NCBI GenBank assembly: GCA_025454835.1
Contig: JALONQ010000011.1
Coordinates: 420-64,419 of the forward strand
DNA: 64,000 nt
Reading direction: 5' to 3'
From: Bacteroidota bacterium
Lineage (GTDB): Bacteria > Bacteroidota > Ignavibacteria > UBA10030
Shown: positions 9,929 through 20,500 of the stretch, one piece after another
Layout: every line of letters starts with the position of its first letter
Position numbering within the stretch: position 1 is the first letter of the stretch
Program-made: the position numbers and the translations under genes
Notes under the pieces: model-generated
Database searches by the model: none
The model's input: the letters and a program-made list of their open reading frames with translations, nothing else
What the model was told of the DNA's origin: nothing

Positions 9929-12052
9929 TCACGCAACATGCCGGGATTGGCCAAACCGCAACAATCGCAAGGAATTCAGAAGGACCAGAAGCGTCACACC
10001 GTCATCCGCCAGCACGGCCCACCACAGGCTCGTCTGGCCCGCAGCGCCAAGCAGTAGAAAAGCCGCCTTGGTCCCCAGGGCCATGACCACATTGAACTGG
10101 ATGATCGACCTGGTCGATCGCGCCAGCCGCAGCGTGGTCGGCAGTAGGCTGAGCCGATTCTGCATCAACACCACGTCGGCGGCGTCGATGGCGGCGGCAG
10201 AACCCGACCCGCCCATGGCGATGCCCACATCGGCCGTGGCCAGGGCGGGAGCATCGTTCAACCCGTCTCCGACCATGGCCACGGGCCCCCACTGGCGGCG
10301 CAACGATTCGACCACGGCCGCCTTCTCGTGCGGGAGCACGCCGGCATGCACCTGTCGGATACCCACGTCGGCTGCCAGCTGGCGGGCCGCTTGCTCGTGA
10401 TCGCCGCTGATCAGCACGGCGGGCGAGCCGGTGATCGCCTCCACTTCGGCGATCGTCCGGGCGCTCTCGTCGCGCGCGACGTCCTTGAGCCCGACGAGAC
10501 CCAGCGGACGCTGACCATTCGAAAGGATGAGCACGGTCTCGCCGCGTGACTCAAGCTTCGAGATCTCTCGCTCAAGCTCCTCAGAACAAAGGTCGAAGTC
10601 CTCGATCAGCGCGTGGTTCCCGAGCACGTACGGCTGTCCGTCCACGAGGGCCCGCAGACCCTTCCCAGGGATCGCCGTGAACTCCTTGACGACGGCGTCT
10701 TCGGGGGTTACGCCGTGCCGCGAGGCGTGGCGGAGAAGAGCGTCGGCCAAAGGGTGTTCCGACCGGGCCTCCAGCGTGGCCGCAATGCGAAGCAGGTCGT
10801 TGTCGGTCGTCCCTCCGAACGTCTGGGTCGTTACGACCTCATGCCTGCCGTGGGTCAGGGTCCCGGTCTTGTCCACGGCCACGACGGCCACACGCGCCAA
10901 TGCCTCCAGGGCTGCTCCTCCGCGGATCAAGACCCCCGCCCTCGACCCGGCTGTGAGCGCGCTGACGACGGCCATCGGCGTCGAGAGCAGGAAGGCGCAC
11001 GGACAGGAGATCACGAGCATCGTCAGCGCCCGGTAGAACCACTCGCTGAACGGCCCGCCGAAGAAGAGCGGCGGCACGATCGCCATCGAAGCGGCGGCAA
11101 CGAAGACGGCCGGGACGTAGTATTGCGCGAACCGCTCGGTGAGCGATTGCACGGACCCCTTCTGCTCGCGCGCCGTCTGAACATACTCGGCGATCCGGTG
11201 CAGCAACGTGTCGTCGCTGGCAGCCGTCACGCGCACCTCGAGCGAGCCGCGTCCGTTGACCGAGCCGGCGAAGACCTGGTCGCCCGCTTCCTTGAAGACG
11301 GGTAGTGACTCTCCGGTCACGGCCGATTGATCGACCGATGACAGACCCTCCACGACATCGCCGTCGAGGGGGATGCGATCCCCGGGCACGATCACGATGG
11401 TCTGTCCCGCACGCACGTCGGAGGCCGGCACACGGCGACGACCATCGGGCGTCTTGAGGTTGGCGGTTTCCGGGGCGAGCGCCAGCAGCCCCGCGATCGC
11501 CCGATGGGTCCGGTCGACGCTGAGCGATTCGAGCAGCAGCGAGAGGGAATAGAGGACGAGGACGGCAGCCCCCTCGGCATGGTCGCCAAGGGCAACGGCG
11601 CCGACCGCGGCCGACGCCATCAGCACATTCACGTTGAGCTTGCGTTTCGCGAGGGCTCGTCCGGCCTTGACGACGATCTCCCAGCCACCGCCGCTGATCG
11701 CCAGAAGATAGAGTGCGACGGCGACGTACGGCTGGCCGAGGAGATGCTCGCTGATCGCTCCGGCGAGGAGCAACAGGGTGGAGGAGACCACGACCAGGAT
11801 ACGTCGCTTGGGGGTCTCGCGGTATGCAGGGCGCGGACCTGAGACGAGCCGGCCGCTGAAGCCGGCCTGGCGAATGACCGACAGCAACGCTTCTGTTCCC
11901 GGGCCCTGGTCCACGCTGACCGTCTTCCGGAGCAGGTCGAAGTGGAGCTGCCGCACCCCGGGGACGCGCTCGAGCGCTTCCCGTATCTTCTGTTCATCCA
12001 CCGCGCAGCAGAGATCATCGACCCGCACGGTCGTGGCGCGCGACTCGGTCAC
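9929..12052 (-). CDS. Heavy-metal P1B-type ATPase (ZntA/CadA, Zn/Cd/Pb class)
   Basis: N-terminal HMA domain, TGES, ISCPC, DKTGTLT, SEHP, GDGLNDAP; GTG start overlaps the ArsR stop codon. Confidence 0.92.
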   Translation of the reverse strand: MTESRATTVRVDDLCCAVDEQKIREALERVPGVRQLHFDLLRKTVSVDQGPGTEALLSVIRQAGFSGRLVSGPRPAYRETPKRRILVVVSSTLLLLAGAISEHLLGQPYVAVALYLLAISGGGWEIVVKAGRALAKRKLNVNVLMASAAVGAVALGDHAEGAAVLVLYSLSLLLESLSVDRTHRAIAGLLALAPETANLKTPDGRRRVPASDVRAGQTIVIVPGDRIPLDGDVVEGLSSVDQSAVTGESLPVFKEAGDQVFAGSVNGRGSLEVRVTAASDDTLLHRIAEYVQTAREQKGSVQSLTERFAQYYVPAVFVAAASMAIVPPLFFGGPFSEWFYRALTMLVISCPCAFLLSTPMAVVSALTAGSRAGVLIRGGAALEALARVAVVAVDKTGTLTHGRHEVVTTQTFGGTTDNDLLRIAATLEARSEHPLADALLRHASRHGVTPEDAVVKEFTAIPGKGLRALVDGQPYVLGNHALIEDFDLCSEELEREISKLESRGETVLILSNGQRPLGLVGLKDVARDESARTIAEVEAITGSPAVLISGDHEQAARQLAADVGIRQVHAGVLPHEKAAVVESLRRQWGPVAMVGDGLNDAPALATADVGIAMGGSGSAAAIDAADVVLMQNRLSLLPTTLRLARSTRSIIQFNVVMALGTKAAFLLLGAAGQTSLWWAVLADDGVTLLVLLNSLRLLRFGQSRHVA

Positions 12053-12390
12053 GCGGCCTCCGTGGCGTGCCGCCGGCCGATCCGCAGCAGGTCTTCGATG
12101 TGTTCGTCGTCGAGCGAGGAGAGGACGAGTTTGCCTTCCTTGCGCTGACGCACCAGGCGCAGGGCCTTCAACAGGCGCAGCTGGTGCGAAACGGCCGATT
12201 CGGACATGCCCAATGTCCGGGCGATGTCGAGCGTGCACAGCTCGGTCTGGGTCAGCGCAATGACGATGCGCAGGCGGTTCGGGTCGCCGAGCACTTTGAA
12301 GGTCTCGGCCATGCTCCCAACGACCTGGTCACTGGGCAGGGTGCGCTTGGCGGTGGCGACGGATGTGCGATGTGAGTGGGGCGACGTCAT
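12049..12390 (-). CDS. ArsR/SmtB family metalloregulator (CadC/ZiaR-like)
   Basis: FKVLGDPNRLRI, ELCTLDIA, SESAVSHQLRLL, and alpha5 site DDEH...HATE. Confidence 0.92.
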   Translation of the reverse strand: MTSPHSHRTSVATAKRTLPSDQVVGSMAETFKVLGDPNRLRIVIALTQTELCTLDIARTLGMSESAVSHQLRLLKALRLVRQRKEGKLVLSSLDDEHIEDLLRIGRRHATEAA

Positions 12391-12443
12391 ACGATTGAAC
12401 GATTGTTCAATCGTAATATCTTGACCCATTCCCCGAAACGCAA
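12390..12443 (-). promoter_or_regulatory. ArsR/SmtB operator (11-4-11 inverted repeat) and promoter TTGCGT-N17-GATATT
   Basis: TACGATTGAAC-GATT-GTTCAATCGTA at 12390-12415, between the predicted -10 and the repressor start codon. Confidence 0.75.
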
Positions 12444-12450
12444 GGCCAGA

Positions 12451-13299
12451 TCAGGCCCCGAGGGCGCGCACGATGGCTGGACGCACGACCTCGAGCGGCA
12501 TGGGCCGGCCGGTCCAGATCTCGAATGCGGCTGCCCCTTGGTGCAGGAAGAACTCCAATCCGCCGATGACGCGGGCCCCGTCTTGACGGGCAGCGGCCAT
12601 CATGGCCGTTTCGAGGGGGCGGTAGATGACGTCAAAGACCGTCTGCGTAGGTGTGAAACGGAACGCGGCCGGAAGAGGAGAACGACCGGTCCCCGGTTCC
12701 ATCCCCACCGGCGTCGTTTGAATGATGAGGGCGGCCTCGGAAAGAACCCGCCCCAGGTTGGGATCGTTGAGGCGAGTGACCTCAACAGGGCAGGCCAGCG
12801 AGCGGCGTGCAAGCGACAGGTGCTCGTTGGCGCGTTCCGGATCGCGGACCAGAAAGGTCAGATGCGACGGCGTCAGGTCAGCCGCAAGGGCTGCCACGGC
12901 TGATCGAGCGGTCCCGCCGGCGCCAATGATGGCCACCGGCCGACCTCGAACGTCCCCCACGCTAGTCTCCAGAGCTCGACGGATGCCCTGGATGTCCGTG
13001 TTCGTCCCCTCGAGCCGGCCGTCCCTGTTCGAGACGGTGTTGACAGCCCCGACCGATGCTGCGAGGGCTTCGACCTGGTCGAGGAGCGGAAGAACGGCCG
13101 ACTTGTGCGGGAGCGTGACATTGAATCCGCTGAACTCCGATCGCAGACGACGCTCCCAGGTGTCCTGAAGTTCCTCGCGACGCACGCGGAGGCATTCATA
13201 GGTCGCGTCGATACCCAGCGCGGCAAATGCGGCCGCGTGGAGGACCGGAGACAACGAGTGGGCGATCGGATCGCCGATGATGGCGAATCGGAAGGTCAT
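12451..13299 (-). CDS. aroE: Shikimate dehydrogenase
   Basis: IGDPIAHSLSP, NVTLPHK, GAVNT, NTD, GAGGTAR, QTTPVGM, DVIYRP. Confidence 0.93.
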   Translation of the reverse strand: MTFRFAIIGDPIAHSLSPVLHAAAFAALGIDATYECLRVRREELQDTWERRLRSEFSGFNVTLPHKSAVLPLLDQVEALAASVGAVNTVSNRDGRLEGTNTDIQGIRRALETSVGDVRGRPVAIIGAGGTARSAVAALAADLTPSHLTFLVRDPERANEHLSLARRSLACPVEVTRLNDPNLGRVLSEAALIIQTTPVGMEPGTGRSPLPAAFRFTPTQTVFDVIYRPLETAMMAAARQDGARVIGGLEFFLHQGAAAFEIWTGRPMPLEVVRPAIVRALGA

Positions 13300-13324
13300 T
13301 GCCGAGGGATGCGAAGGAACGGGA

Positions 13325-13369
13325 ACCGCCAAGGCGCCAAGTTCACTCAGGTCTTGGCGTCTTGGCGGT
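13325..13369. repeat. Short palindromic element, same family as 9106-9194
   Basis: ACCGCCAAG GCGCCAAG ... CTTGGCGT CTTGGCGGT. Confidence 0.8.
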
Positions 13370-13406
13370 CGATGTCACCGGGAGCTCTGGTTGCTGCCTT
13401 CAGCCC

Positions 13407-14825
13407 CTACGACGGCTTCAGCAAACTCGAGAAGGGCTGCCGGTGGGTCAGCTCCGGATACAGCGTCTCAAAGTCCTTCTTGAGGTCCGGCTGGAGCTCG
13501 AAGGCCCGGTGGAAGGACGTCACGGCGCTTTCCCAATCGGCCTTCTTCATCCAGGCCTTCGCCAAGGAGAAATACGCGAGCGCGAAGTCCGGACGGAACG
13601 ACAAGCTCTTGTCGAGCGCCTGCATGGCGCTGTCCACCGATCCCAATTCGAGGAGCGTGTCTCCGTAATCGAACCACGCGTCAGCGTTCTTCGGCTCCAT
13701 CTCCAGTACCTTGCGGTAGCTGTCGAGCGCTTCTTCGTGTTTTCCAAGGTTGTATTCCGCGTCGGCCCGCGCGTACCACAACTCGGGATATTCGGGGAAG
13801 ATCTCGAGCGCGCGCTTGTAGTCGGCCAGGGCCTTCTTGGGCTGCCCGAGGGCGTCCCAGCAGGAGCCGCGCCCGAAGTACGACTCGTAGTGCTTCTCGT
13901 CGTGCTTGATGGCGTTCGTGAACGCCGTGATCGCCTCGCGATACTGCCGCAGTTCCTCGTACGCGTTGCCAAGGTTGTGCAGGGCGGGAACGTCGTTCGG
14001 CTCATACTCGAGCGTCTTCTGATACGACTGGATGGCTTCCTGCAATCGTCCCTGGTTCGCCTGAGCATTGCCCAGGTTGTACCAGGCGGCAGGGAATTCC
14101 TCCTTGATCGCGAGGGCGAACTCATAGCTCCTGACGGATTCGTCGTATTGACCCATCCGGTTCAGGACGATGCCCCGGTTGTACCAGGCGTTGTGGTTGT
14201 ACGGCTCGCGGTTGATATGCTCGTCGTATGCCTTGACCGAGTCCTCGCCGCGCTCCAGGAAATCGTAGCAGTATCCAAGCTCGTACCATGCATCGGCGTG
14301 TTCCCCGTCCACATCCAGGATCCGCCGGAACAGGTCCACCGCCTCCGTGAATCGCTCCTGCTTCTCGAACGTCACCCCCTTGTGGAAGAGCCCGTCGAGG
14401 TGATGGGGGTCGAGTTGGAGCGCCACGTCGAAGGAGGCCAAGGCCTCTTCGACACGGTTGAGGTTGTCGAGCGTGATCCCCCGGTTGATGAAGATCTCGG
14501 GGTCGGTCGGGTTCAGGCTGAGCGCCTTCTCGTAGCAGGTCAGGGCCTCGTCGTACCGGTAGAGATTGTTGAAGATCATCCCACGACGCTGCCAGACATC
14601 GGCATTGAATGGTTCGAAGGAGAGCAGCTTCTCGGAATAGGAAAGGGCTTCCTCGAACTTCTCGTGCTCAAAGTAGAACTGGATGATCTCTTCCAGGGCC
14701 TCGGGGCTGTTGATGTCCTTGCCGTCCCGGCCGAGCATCTCCTTGAACCGGCGCAGGTCGTCCTCCCACCGGTCGCCCGGTCGCATCGGCTTTTCGTCGT
14801 CGTCAAAACGGTCGATATCGGCCAT
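13407..14825 (-). CDS. Multi-TPR protein
   Basis: More than 10 consecutive 34-aa TPRs (AWYNRG, AWYNLG, AWYELG...). Confidence 0.9.
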   Translation of the reverse strand: MADIDRFDDDEKPMRPGDRWEDDLRRFKEMLGRDGKDINSPEALEEIIQFYFEHEKFEEALSYSEKLLSFEPFNADVWQRRGMIFNNLYRYDEALTCYEKALSLNPTDPEIFINRGITLDNLNRVEEALASFDVALQLDPHHLDGLFHKGVTFEKQERFTEAVDLFRRILDVDGEHADAWYELGYCYDFLERGEDSVKAYDEHINREPYNHNAWYNRGIVLNRMGQYDESVRSYEFALAIKEEFPAAWYNLGNAQANQGRLQEAIQSYQKTLEYEPNDVPALHNLGNAYEELRQYREAITAFTNAIKHDEKHYESYFGRGSCWDALGQPKKALADYKRALEIFPEYPELWYARADAEYNLGKHEEALDSYRKVLEMEPKNADAWFDYGDTLLELGSVDSAMQALDKSLSFRPDFALAYFSLAKAWMKKADWESAVTSFHRAFELQPDLKKDFETLYPELTHRQPFSSLLKPS

Positions 14826-15011
14826 AGCAGGAAAGAGGGATGCACCGCGATGGCGCCATGCCGCGAAGAGAGAGTCGATCACAATTCTCCGCGCCGTTGC
14901 GTCTCAGCGGTAAGTATTTATACAAGTAAGCAAGAATGGCGGGTGAAGTCAAGTAACGCCTCAATGGATCCAAGTAACAGACAACCAGGCATTTCGTTAT
15001 GAATTCGGCGA

Positions 15012-15040
15012 TTGCATTTCCACGGACCCTCGGCTATATT
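15012..15040 (+). promoter_or_regulatory. Putative sigma70 promoter TTGCAT-N17-TATATT for the yggS operon
   Basis: Hexamers at 17-bp spacing in the AT-rich divergent spacer, 17 nt before the ATG. Confidence 0.55.
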
Positions 15041-15057
15041 AAAAGATTACAAGGGCC

Positions 15058-15744
15058 ATGATCCAGCAACATTTGGAGACTGTCCGTCGGCATGTGCGGG
15101 AGGTCTGCGCTGGCGCAGGTCGTTCCGGCGACGCCGTTCGCATTGTCGCCGTATCGAAGACGTTTGCGGTCGACCGCATCCATGAAGCCATGGAAGCGGG
15201 ACAGGTCGATTTCGGCGAGAACTATGCGCAAGAGCTCAAGACCAAAGCCGAAGCCGTCCCGCCCGAGCTCGTTCGATGGCACTTCATCGGACATCTCCAG
15301 TCGAACAAGGTGAAGTTCGTCCTTCCGGCGCTGCATCTGCTCCATTCCCTCGACCGGCTGTCGTTGGCCGAAGAGATCCAGAAGCGCGCGTCGGCGTTGG
15401 AGAGGACGGTCGATGCACTCATCGAGGTCCACACGACCGACGAAGCGACGAAGTCGGGAGTGTCTCCTTCGGAGGTGCTGGGATTCGCGCGCGTCGTGGC
15501 CTCATTCGACCGCATACGGATCCGCGGATTGATGACGATGGGGCCCTTCTCGGACGATCCGGAGCGGGCGCGCCCGTGTTTTCGTCAGGTGCGTGAACTG
15601 CAGACGCTCATGCGACGTGAAGGCCCCGACGGCATGACGTGGGACGAGCTGTCGATGGGGATGTCGGGCGATTACCCGGTTGCCATTCAGGAAGGGGCCA
15701 CGATCGTGCGGATCGGCACGGCGATCTTTGGGCAACGCGGTTAG
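15058..15744 (+). CDS. yggS: PLP homeostasis protein YggS/PLPBP
   Basis: VAVSKT, FGENYAQE, WHFIGHLQSNK, GLMTM, LSMGMSGD, VRIGTAIFG. Confidence 0.96.
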   Translation: MIQQHLETVRRHVREVCAGAGRSGDAVRIVAVSKTFAVDRIHEAMEAGQVDFGENYAQELKTKAEAVPPELVRWHFIGHLQSNKVKFVLPALHLLHSLDRLSLAEEIQKRASALERTVDALIEVHTTDEATKSGVSPSEVLGFARVVASFDRIRIRGLMTMGPFSDDPERARPCFRQVRELQTLMRREGPDGMTWDELSMGMSGDYPVAIQEGATIVRIGTAIFGQRG

Positions 15745-15920
15745 AGTTGATGACCTGCATCTATTCTGTGAAGGGTCCGGAACACGCGCAGCGCACGCAG
15801 TGGTCGCCGCCCGTCCCGCGACCGCGGGACGAGGCCTCGTCCGTCGCGCCAGTGGCGCGACGAGACGGGCGCGCAACAGTATTGTGGTGAGCCTCTCCAT
15901 CAACCGTCACGAGGTAGGGC

Positions 15921-16451
15921 ATGAAGATCACGCCGCTGGAGATCAAACGGCAGCAGTTCAAGAAGGTCATGCGCGGCTTCGACCCGGTCGAGGTCGAAAC
16001 CTTCCTCGACATGCTTTCGAACGAGCTCGAAGAGCATGTGCGGACGACGAAGGACCTGCGCGACCGCATCCTCGAACTCGAGACGCAGTTGGCCGACTAC
16101 AAGCAGATGGAGAAGACCCTCCAGCAAACGTTGATGCAGGCGCAGGAGGCGAGCGGCAAGTCGATCGAGAATTCCCGCAAGGAAGCCGACCTGATCATCC
16201 GCGACGCCGAGCTGAAGGCGCAGCAGATCATCGACAAGGCGCGCATGGATTTCTCGAAGATCAAGGAAGAGATCTCCACGCTCAAGGCCCGCAAGGAATC
16301 GGTCCTGAGCCGGCTCAAGATCCTCCTCTCGTCCGAGCTCGACCTGATCCGGGCGCTTGGGGTCGACGATGAGGACCGGACCTCCGGCGACGGTTCCAAG
16401 GGCAGCGGCAAGGACAAGCTGGAACTGGATTCGATCCTGAAGAATCTCTGA
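15921..16451 (+). CDS. divIVA: DivIVA domain protein
   Basis: ITPLEIKRQQFKKVMRGFDPVEVETFL followed by a long coiled coil. Confidence 0.9.
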   Translation: MKITPLEIKRQQFKKVMRGFDPVEVETFLDMLSNELEEHVRTTKDLRDRILELETQLADYKQMEKTLQQTLMQAQEASGKSIENSRKEADLIIRDAELKAQQIIDKARMDFSKIKEEISTLKARKESVLSRLKILLSSELDLIRALGVDDEDRTSGDGSKGSGKDKLELDSILKNL

Positions 16452-16456
16452 ACACG

Positions 16457-17296
16457 ATGACTCCTCTTCGAGCACAGATCGACGAGGCACTGGCCGCCAT
16501 CCGGCGTCACACGGCGATGATGCCATCGATCGGCATCATTCTCGGCACCGGCCTGGGCGGACTCGTCCGCGAGATCCGCGTGGAGGCGACGATCGACTAC
16601 GGCGAGATCCCGCATTTCCCCGTGTCGACCGTCGAATCACATCACGGACGTCTGCTCTTCGGCAGGCTGGCCGACCGTCCGGTCGTCGCCATGCAAGGGC
16701 GCTTCCATCGGTACGAAGGATACACCCTCCAGCAGGTGACCTTCCCCGTGCGCGTCATGAGGTTCCTGGGCGTGAAGACGCTCCTCATCTCCAACGCCGC
16801 TGGGGCGCTCAATCCGCTCTTCCGTCGCGGCGACCTGATGCTCATGACGGACCATATCAACCTGCTCGGCGACAATCCGCTGATCGGCCCCAACGACGAA
16901 TCGCTCGGACCCCGGTTCCCCGACATGTCAGAGCCTTACAGCAAGAGATTGCAGGACCTGGCCGTCGAATGTGCGCTCGACCTCAAGCTGCCGTTGCAGC
17001 GTGGCGTCTACGCCGCCATGACCGGGCCGATGCTCGAGACGCGCGCCGAGTACCGGTTCCTGAGGACCATCGGTGCCGATGCCGTTGGTATGTCGACCGT
17101 GCCCGAGGATATTGTCGCCGTGCACATGGGACTCGACGTGCTCGGGTTCTCGATCATGACCGACGAGTGCTTCCCCGATGCCCTGAAGCCCGTGACGCTG
17201 CAGGAAGTGATCGCCACGGCGAATGCCGCCGAGCCCCACATGACCCGCCTCATGGCCGAGGTCGTCCGCCGCCTGCCGACGGGGGATGCGCCCTGA
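16457..17296 (+). CDS. Purine-nucleoside phosphorylase (trimeric type)
   Basis: IILGTGLG, QGRFHRYEG, SNAAG, DHIN, RFPDMS, ETRAE, VGMSTVPE. Confidence 0.94.
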   Translation: MTPLRAQIDEALAAIRRHTAMMPSIGIILGTGLGGLVREIRVEATIDYGEIPHFPVSTVESHHGRLLFGRLADRPVVAMQGRFHRYEGYTLQQVTFPVRVMRFLGVKTLLISNAAGALNPLFRRGDLMLMTDHINLLGDNPLIGPNDESLGPRFPDMSEPYSKRLQDLAVECALDLKLPLQRGVYAAMTGPMLETRAEYRFLRTIGADAVGMSTVPEDIVAVHMGLDVLGFSIMTDECFPDALKPVTLQEVIATANAAEPHMTRLMAEVVRRLPTGDAP

Positions 17297-17523
17297 TGCC
17301 TCAGTTGGGTTGGGTGCTGATCGTCACCGGTGCCGTCCTGCTGGCTGTGGGCGGCATCTTGGTCTTTGCTCCGAATCTGTCATGGCTCGGCAGACTGCCG
17401 GGCGACCTCCGGTTCCAACGAGGGAACGTCGAGGTCTTCATCCCACTCACCACGAGTCTTCTGGTCAGCGCCGCCGTTTCCGGCATCGTGTGGTTGATCC
17501 GGTGGCTGCGACACCCGGGCTGA
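17296..17523 (+). CDS. Small membrane protein (DUF2905-like)
   Basis: Two TM helices flanking WLGRLPGDL...FIPLTTSLLVS. Confidence 0.75.
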   Translation: MPQLGWVLIVTGAVLLAVGGILVFAPNLSWLGRLPGDLRFQRGNVEVFIPLTTSLLVSAAVSGIVWLIRWLRHPG

Positions 17524-17542
17524 GCCGCCTTCCGATATGCCT

Positions 17543-20500
17543 ATGTTCACGCCTCTGAGTGACAGACTGAAGTACGCCGAGCTCGAATCAGCCGTCCGAC
17601 GCTTCTGGGAGCAGGAGTCCGTCTTCCCCAGAAGCATCGCGCAGCGTGCAGGACGTCCGGTCTTCTCCTTTTATGAAGGACCGCCGACGGCCAACGGCCG
17701 ACCTGGCATTCACCACGTTATGAGCCGCACGCTCAAAGACCTCGTGTGCCGTTACAAGACCATGAAAGGCTTCCAGGTCCATCGCAAGGCCGGCTGGGAC
17801 ACGCACGGCCTTCCGGTCGAGATCGAGGTGGAAAAGTCGCTCGGCTTCAAGCACAAGGACGAGATCGTGCGATACGGCGTCGCGAAGTTCAACGACGAGT
17901 GCCGACGGTCGGTGTGGAAGTACAAGGCGGAGTGGGAGGAAATGACCCGGACGATGGGCTACTGGGTCGATCTCGACGCGCCGTACGTCACGTTCGAGAA
18001 CTCGTACATCGAATCGGTCTGGTGGGCGTTGCGCCAGTACTTCGACCGAGGCATGATCTACAAGGGCTACAAGATCCAGCCCTATTGTCCCCGATGCGAA
18101 ACGCCTTTGTCGAGCCACGAAGTATCGCTCGGCTACAAGGATGTGAAGGACCCGTCCGTGTACGTGCGGATGAAGGTGAAGGGTGTGGCGAACACCTCGT
18201 TCCTCGTGTGGACCACCACCCCGTGGACGCTGATCTCGAATGTCGCCATCGCCGTCCATCCGGACGTCGACTATGTCAAGGCGGAGCATCAGGGCGAGAC
18301 CTTCATCCTCGCCGAAGCGCGATTGTCGGTCCTGGGTGACGGGACGACGGTGGTCGGGAGGATGAAGGGGCGTGAACTGGTGGGGATGGAGTACGAGCGG
18401 CTGTATGCGTTCCACGACGTGAAGGAACGCGGCTGGTATGTCATCGACGCCGATTTCGTGACCACCGAGGACGGGTCGGGCATCGTTCACATGGCTCCCG
18501 CGTACGGCGAGGACGACTACCAGGCCGGCCGTAAGCACGGACTGCCGACGATCCATCCGGTGACCGCTTCGGGCGAATTCTCGTCTGAAGTCACGCCGTT
18601 CGCCAACAAGTTCGTCAAGGACGCCGACCCGGAGATCATCGCCGACCTGAAGGCGCGGGGACTGCTCTTCAAGAAGGAGCAATACCTCCACTCGTATCCG
18701 CACTGCTGGCGGTGCTCATCGCCGCTGCTCTACTACGCGCGCGATTCGTGGTACATCCGAACGACGTCGTATGCGCAACGCATGATCGAGCTCAACAACC
18801 GGGTGAACTGGTTCCCGCCCGAAGTGGGGGCCGGACGATTCGGAAACTGGCTGGAGGAGAACAAGGATTGGGCGCTTTCTCGCGACCGGTTCTGGGGCAC
18901 GCCGCTTCCGATCTGGGTCTGCGAGACGTGCGGCACGAAGAAGTGCGTCGGCAGTATCGAAGAACTGAAGCAGGGACAGCATGTGCCCGATCCGCTCGAC
19001 CTGCACAAGCCGCATGTCGACGACGTGACCTTCACCTGCTCCTGCGGAGGGACGCAGCGCCGAACGCCCGAGTTGATCGACGTCTGGTTCGATTCCGGTT
19101 CGATGCCGTTCGCGCAGTGGCATTATCCGTTCGAGAACAAGGAACGATTCGAGTCGACCTACCCGGGCGACTTCATCTCGGAAGGCATCGATCAGACGCG
19201 GGGCTGGTTCTACACGCTCCATTCGATCGGCACGTTCCTGTTCGACAAGCCGGCCTTCCGAAACGTGCTCGTCAACGAGCTGATCCTCGACAAGAGCGGG
19301 TTGAAGATGTCGAAGTCGAAAGGGAACACCGTCGAGCCCTTCGGCCTCATGCAGACCTACGGCGCCGATGCGACGCGATGGTATCTCGTGTCGAATAGTC
19401 CCGTCTGGAGGCCGACCTTGTTCGACGCCGAAGGCATCGCCGAGGTCCAGCGCAAGTATTTCAGCACGCTTGTCAACACCTATTCGTTCTTCGCGCTCTA
19501 CGCCAACGTCGACGGATTCGACCCGTCGTCGGGTCCGGTGCCGCACGACGAGCGTCCCGAGATCGATCGTTGGATCCTCTCAGAACTGCACACGCTCATT
19601 CGGGAGGTGAACGGGGCCCTCGACGTCTACGACGCAACGCGCGCGACCCGCCTCCTGACCGACTACACCGTGGACCGGCTGTCCAACTGGTACGTCCGCC
19701 GGAACCGGCGTCGTTTCTGGAAGAGCGAGCCGGGCGCCGACAAGACCTCGGCCTACCAGACGCTCCACGAGTGTCTGGTCACGGTCACGAAGCTCATGGC
19801 GCCGATCGCACCGTTCCTGTCGGACGAGCTGTTCCGACGCCTGCGGCCGGGGGCGGCGTCCGACGCATCCGTGCATCTGACCGATTTCCCCGTCGAGAAC
19901 GGATCGCTGATCGACACCGCGTTGGAGGAGAAGATGGAGCGGGCCATGACGATCGTGTCGCTCGTGCGGTCGATGCGAGAGAAGACGAAGCTCAAGGTGC
20001 GCCAGCCGCTGGCGAGGATCCTCATCCCCGTGCTGTCGGAGCGCGTACGCAACGAGGTGCAGCAGATGAGCGACCTGATCCTCGACGAGATCAACGTCAA
20101 GGCGATCGAGTTCATCACCGACGACACCGCCATCGTTCGCCGCAAGGCGAAGCCCGACTTCCGCGCGCTGGGCGCAAAGCACGGCAAGGCCGTGCAAGGG
20201 GTCGCCGCGGCCATTCGCGAGCTCACGTCGTCGCAGCTGCGCGACCTTGAGGTCAACGGTTCGCTCGCCATCGCGGCGAACGGCACCACGGTCGAGATCG
20301 CCCGCACGGACGTCGAGATCCAGCACGAAGAGATCAAGGGCTGGCTGGTCGCCTCCGACGGCCCGATGACGGTGGCACTCGACACGACCATTACAGAAGA
20401 GTTGGCCCGTGAGGGATTGGCCCGCGAGTTCGTGAATCGCGTGCAGAACCTCCGCAAGGACTCAGGGTTCCAGGTGACCGATCGCATCCGGATCCGCGTC

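Noticed and set aside
13299-15002. Long antisense or alternate-frame ORFs (e.g. 652-1953, 13299-15002, 29217-30767, 43543-45237, 55257-56759, 58620-60395, 60275-62005)
   Set aside because: They are shadows of well-supported genes in GC-rich DNA and carry no family motifs.
17296-17543. T-box riboswitch before ileS
   Set aside because: The space is filled by a DUF2905-like gene, and there is no GGTGGnACCGCG T-box/terminator arrangement.
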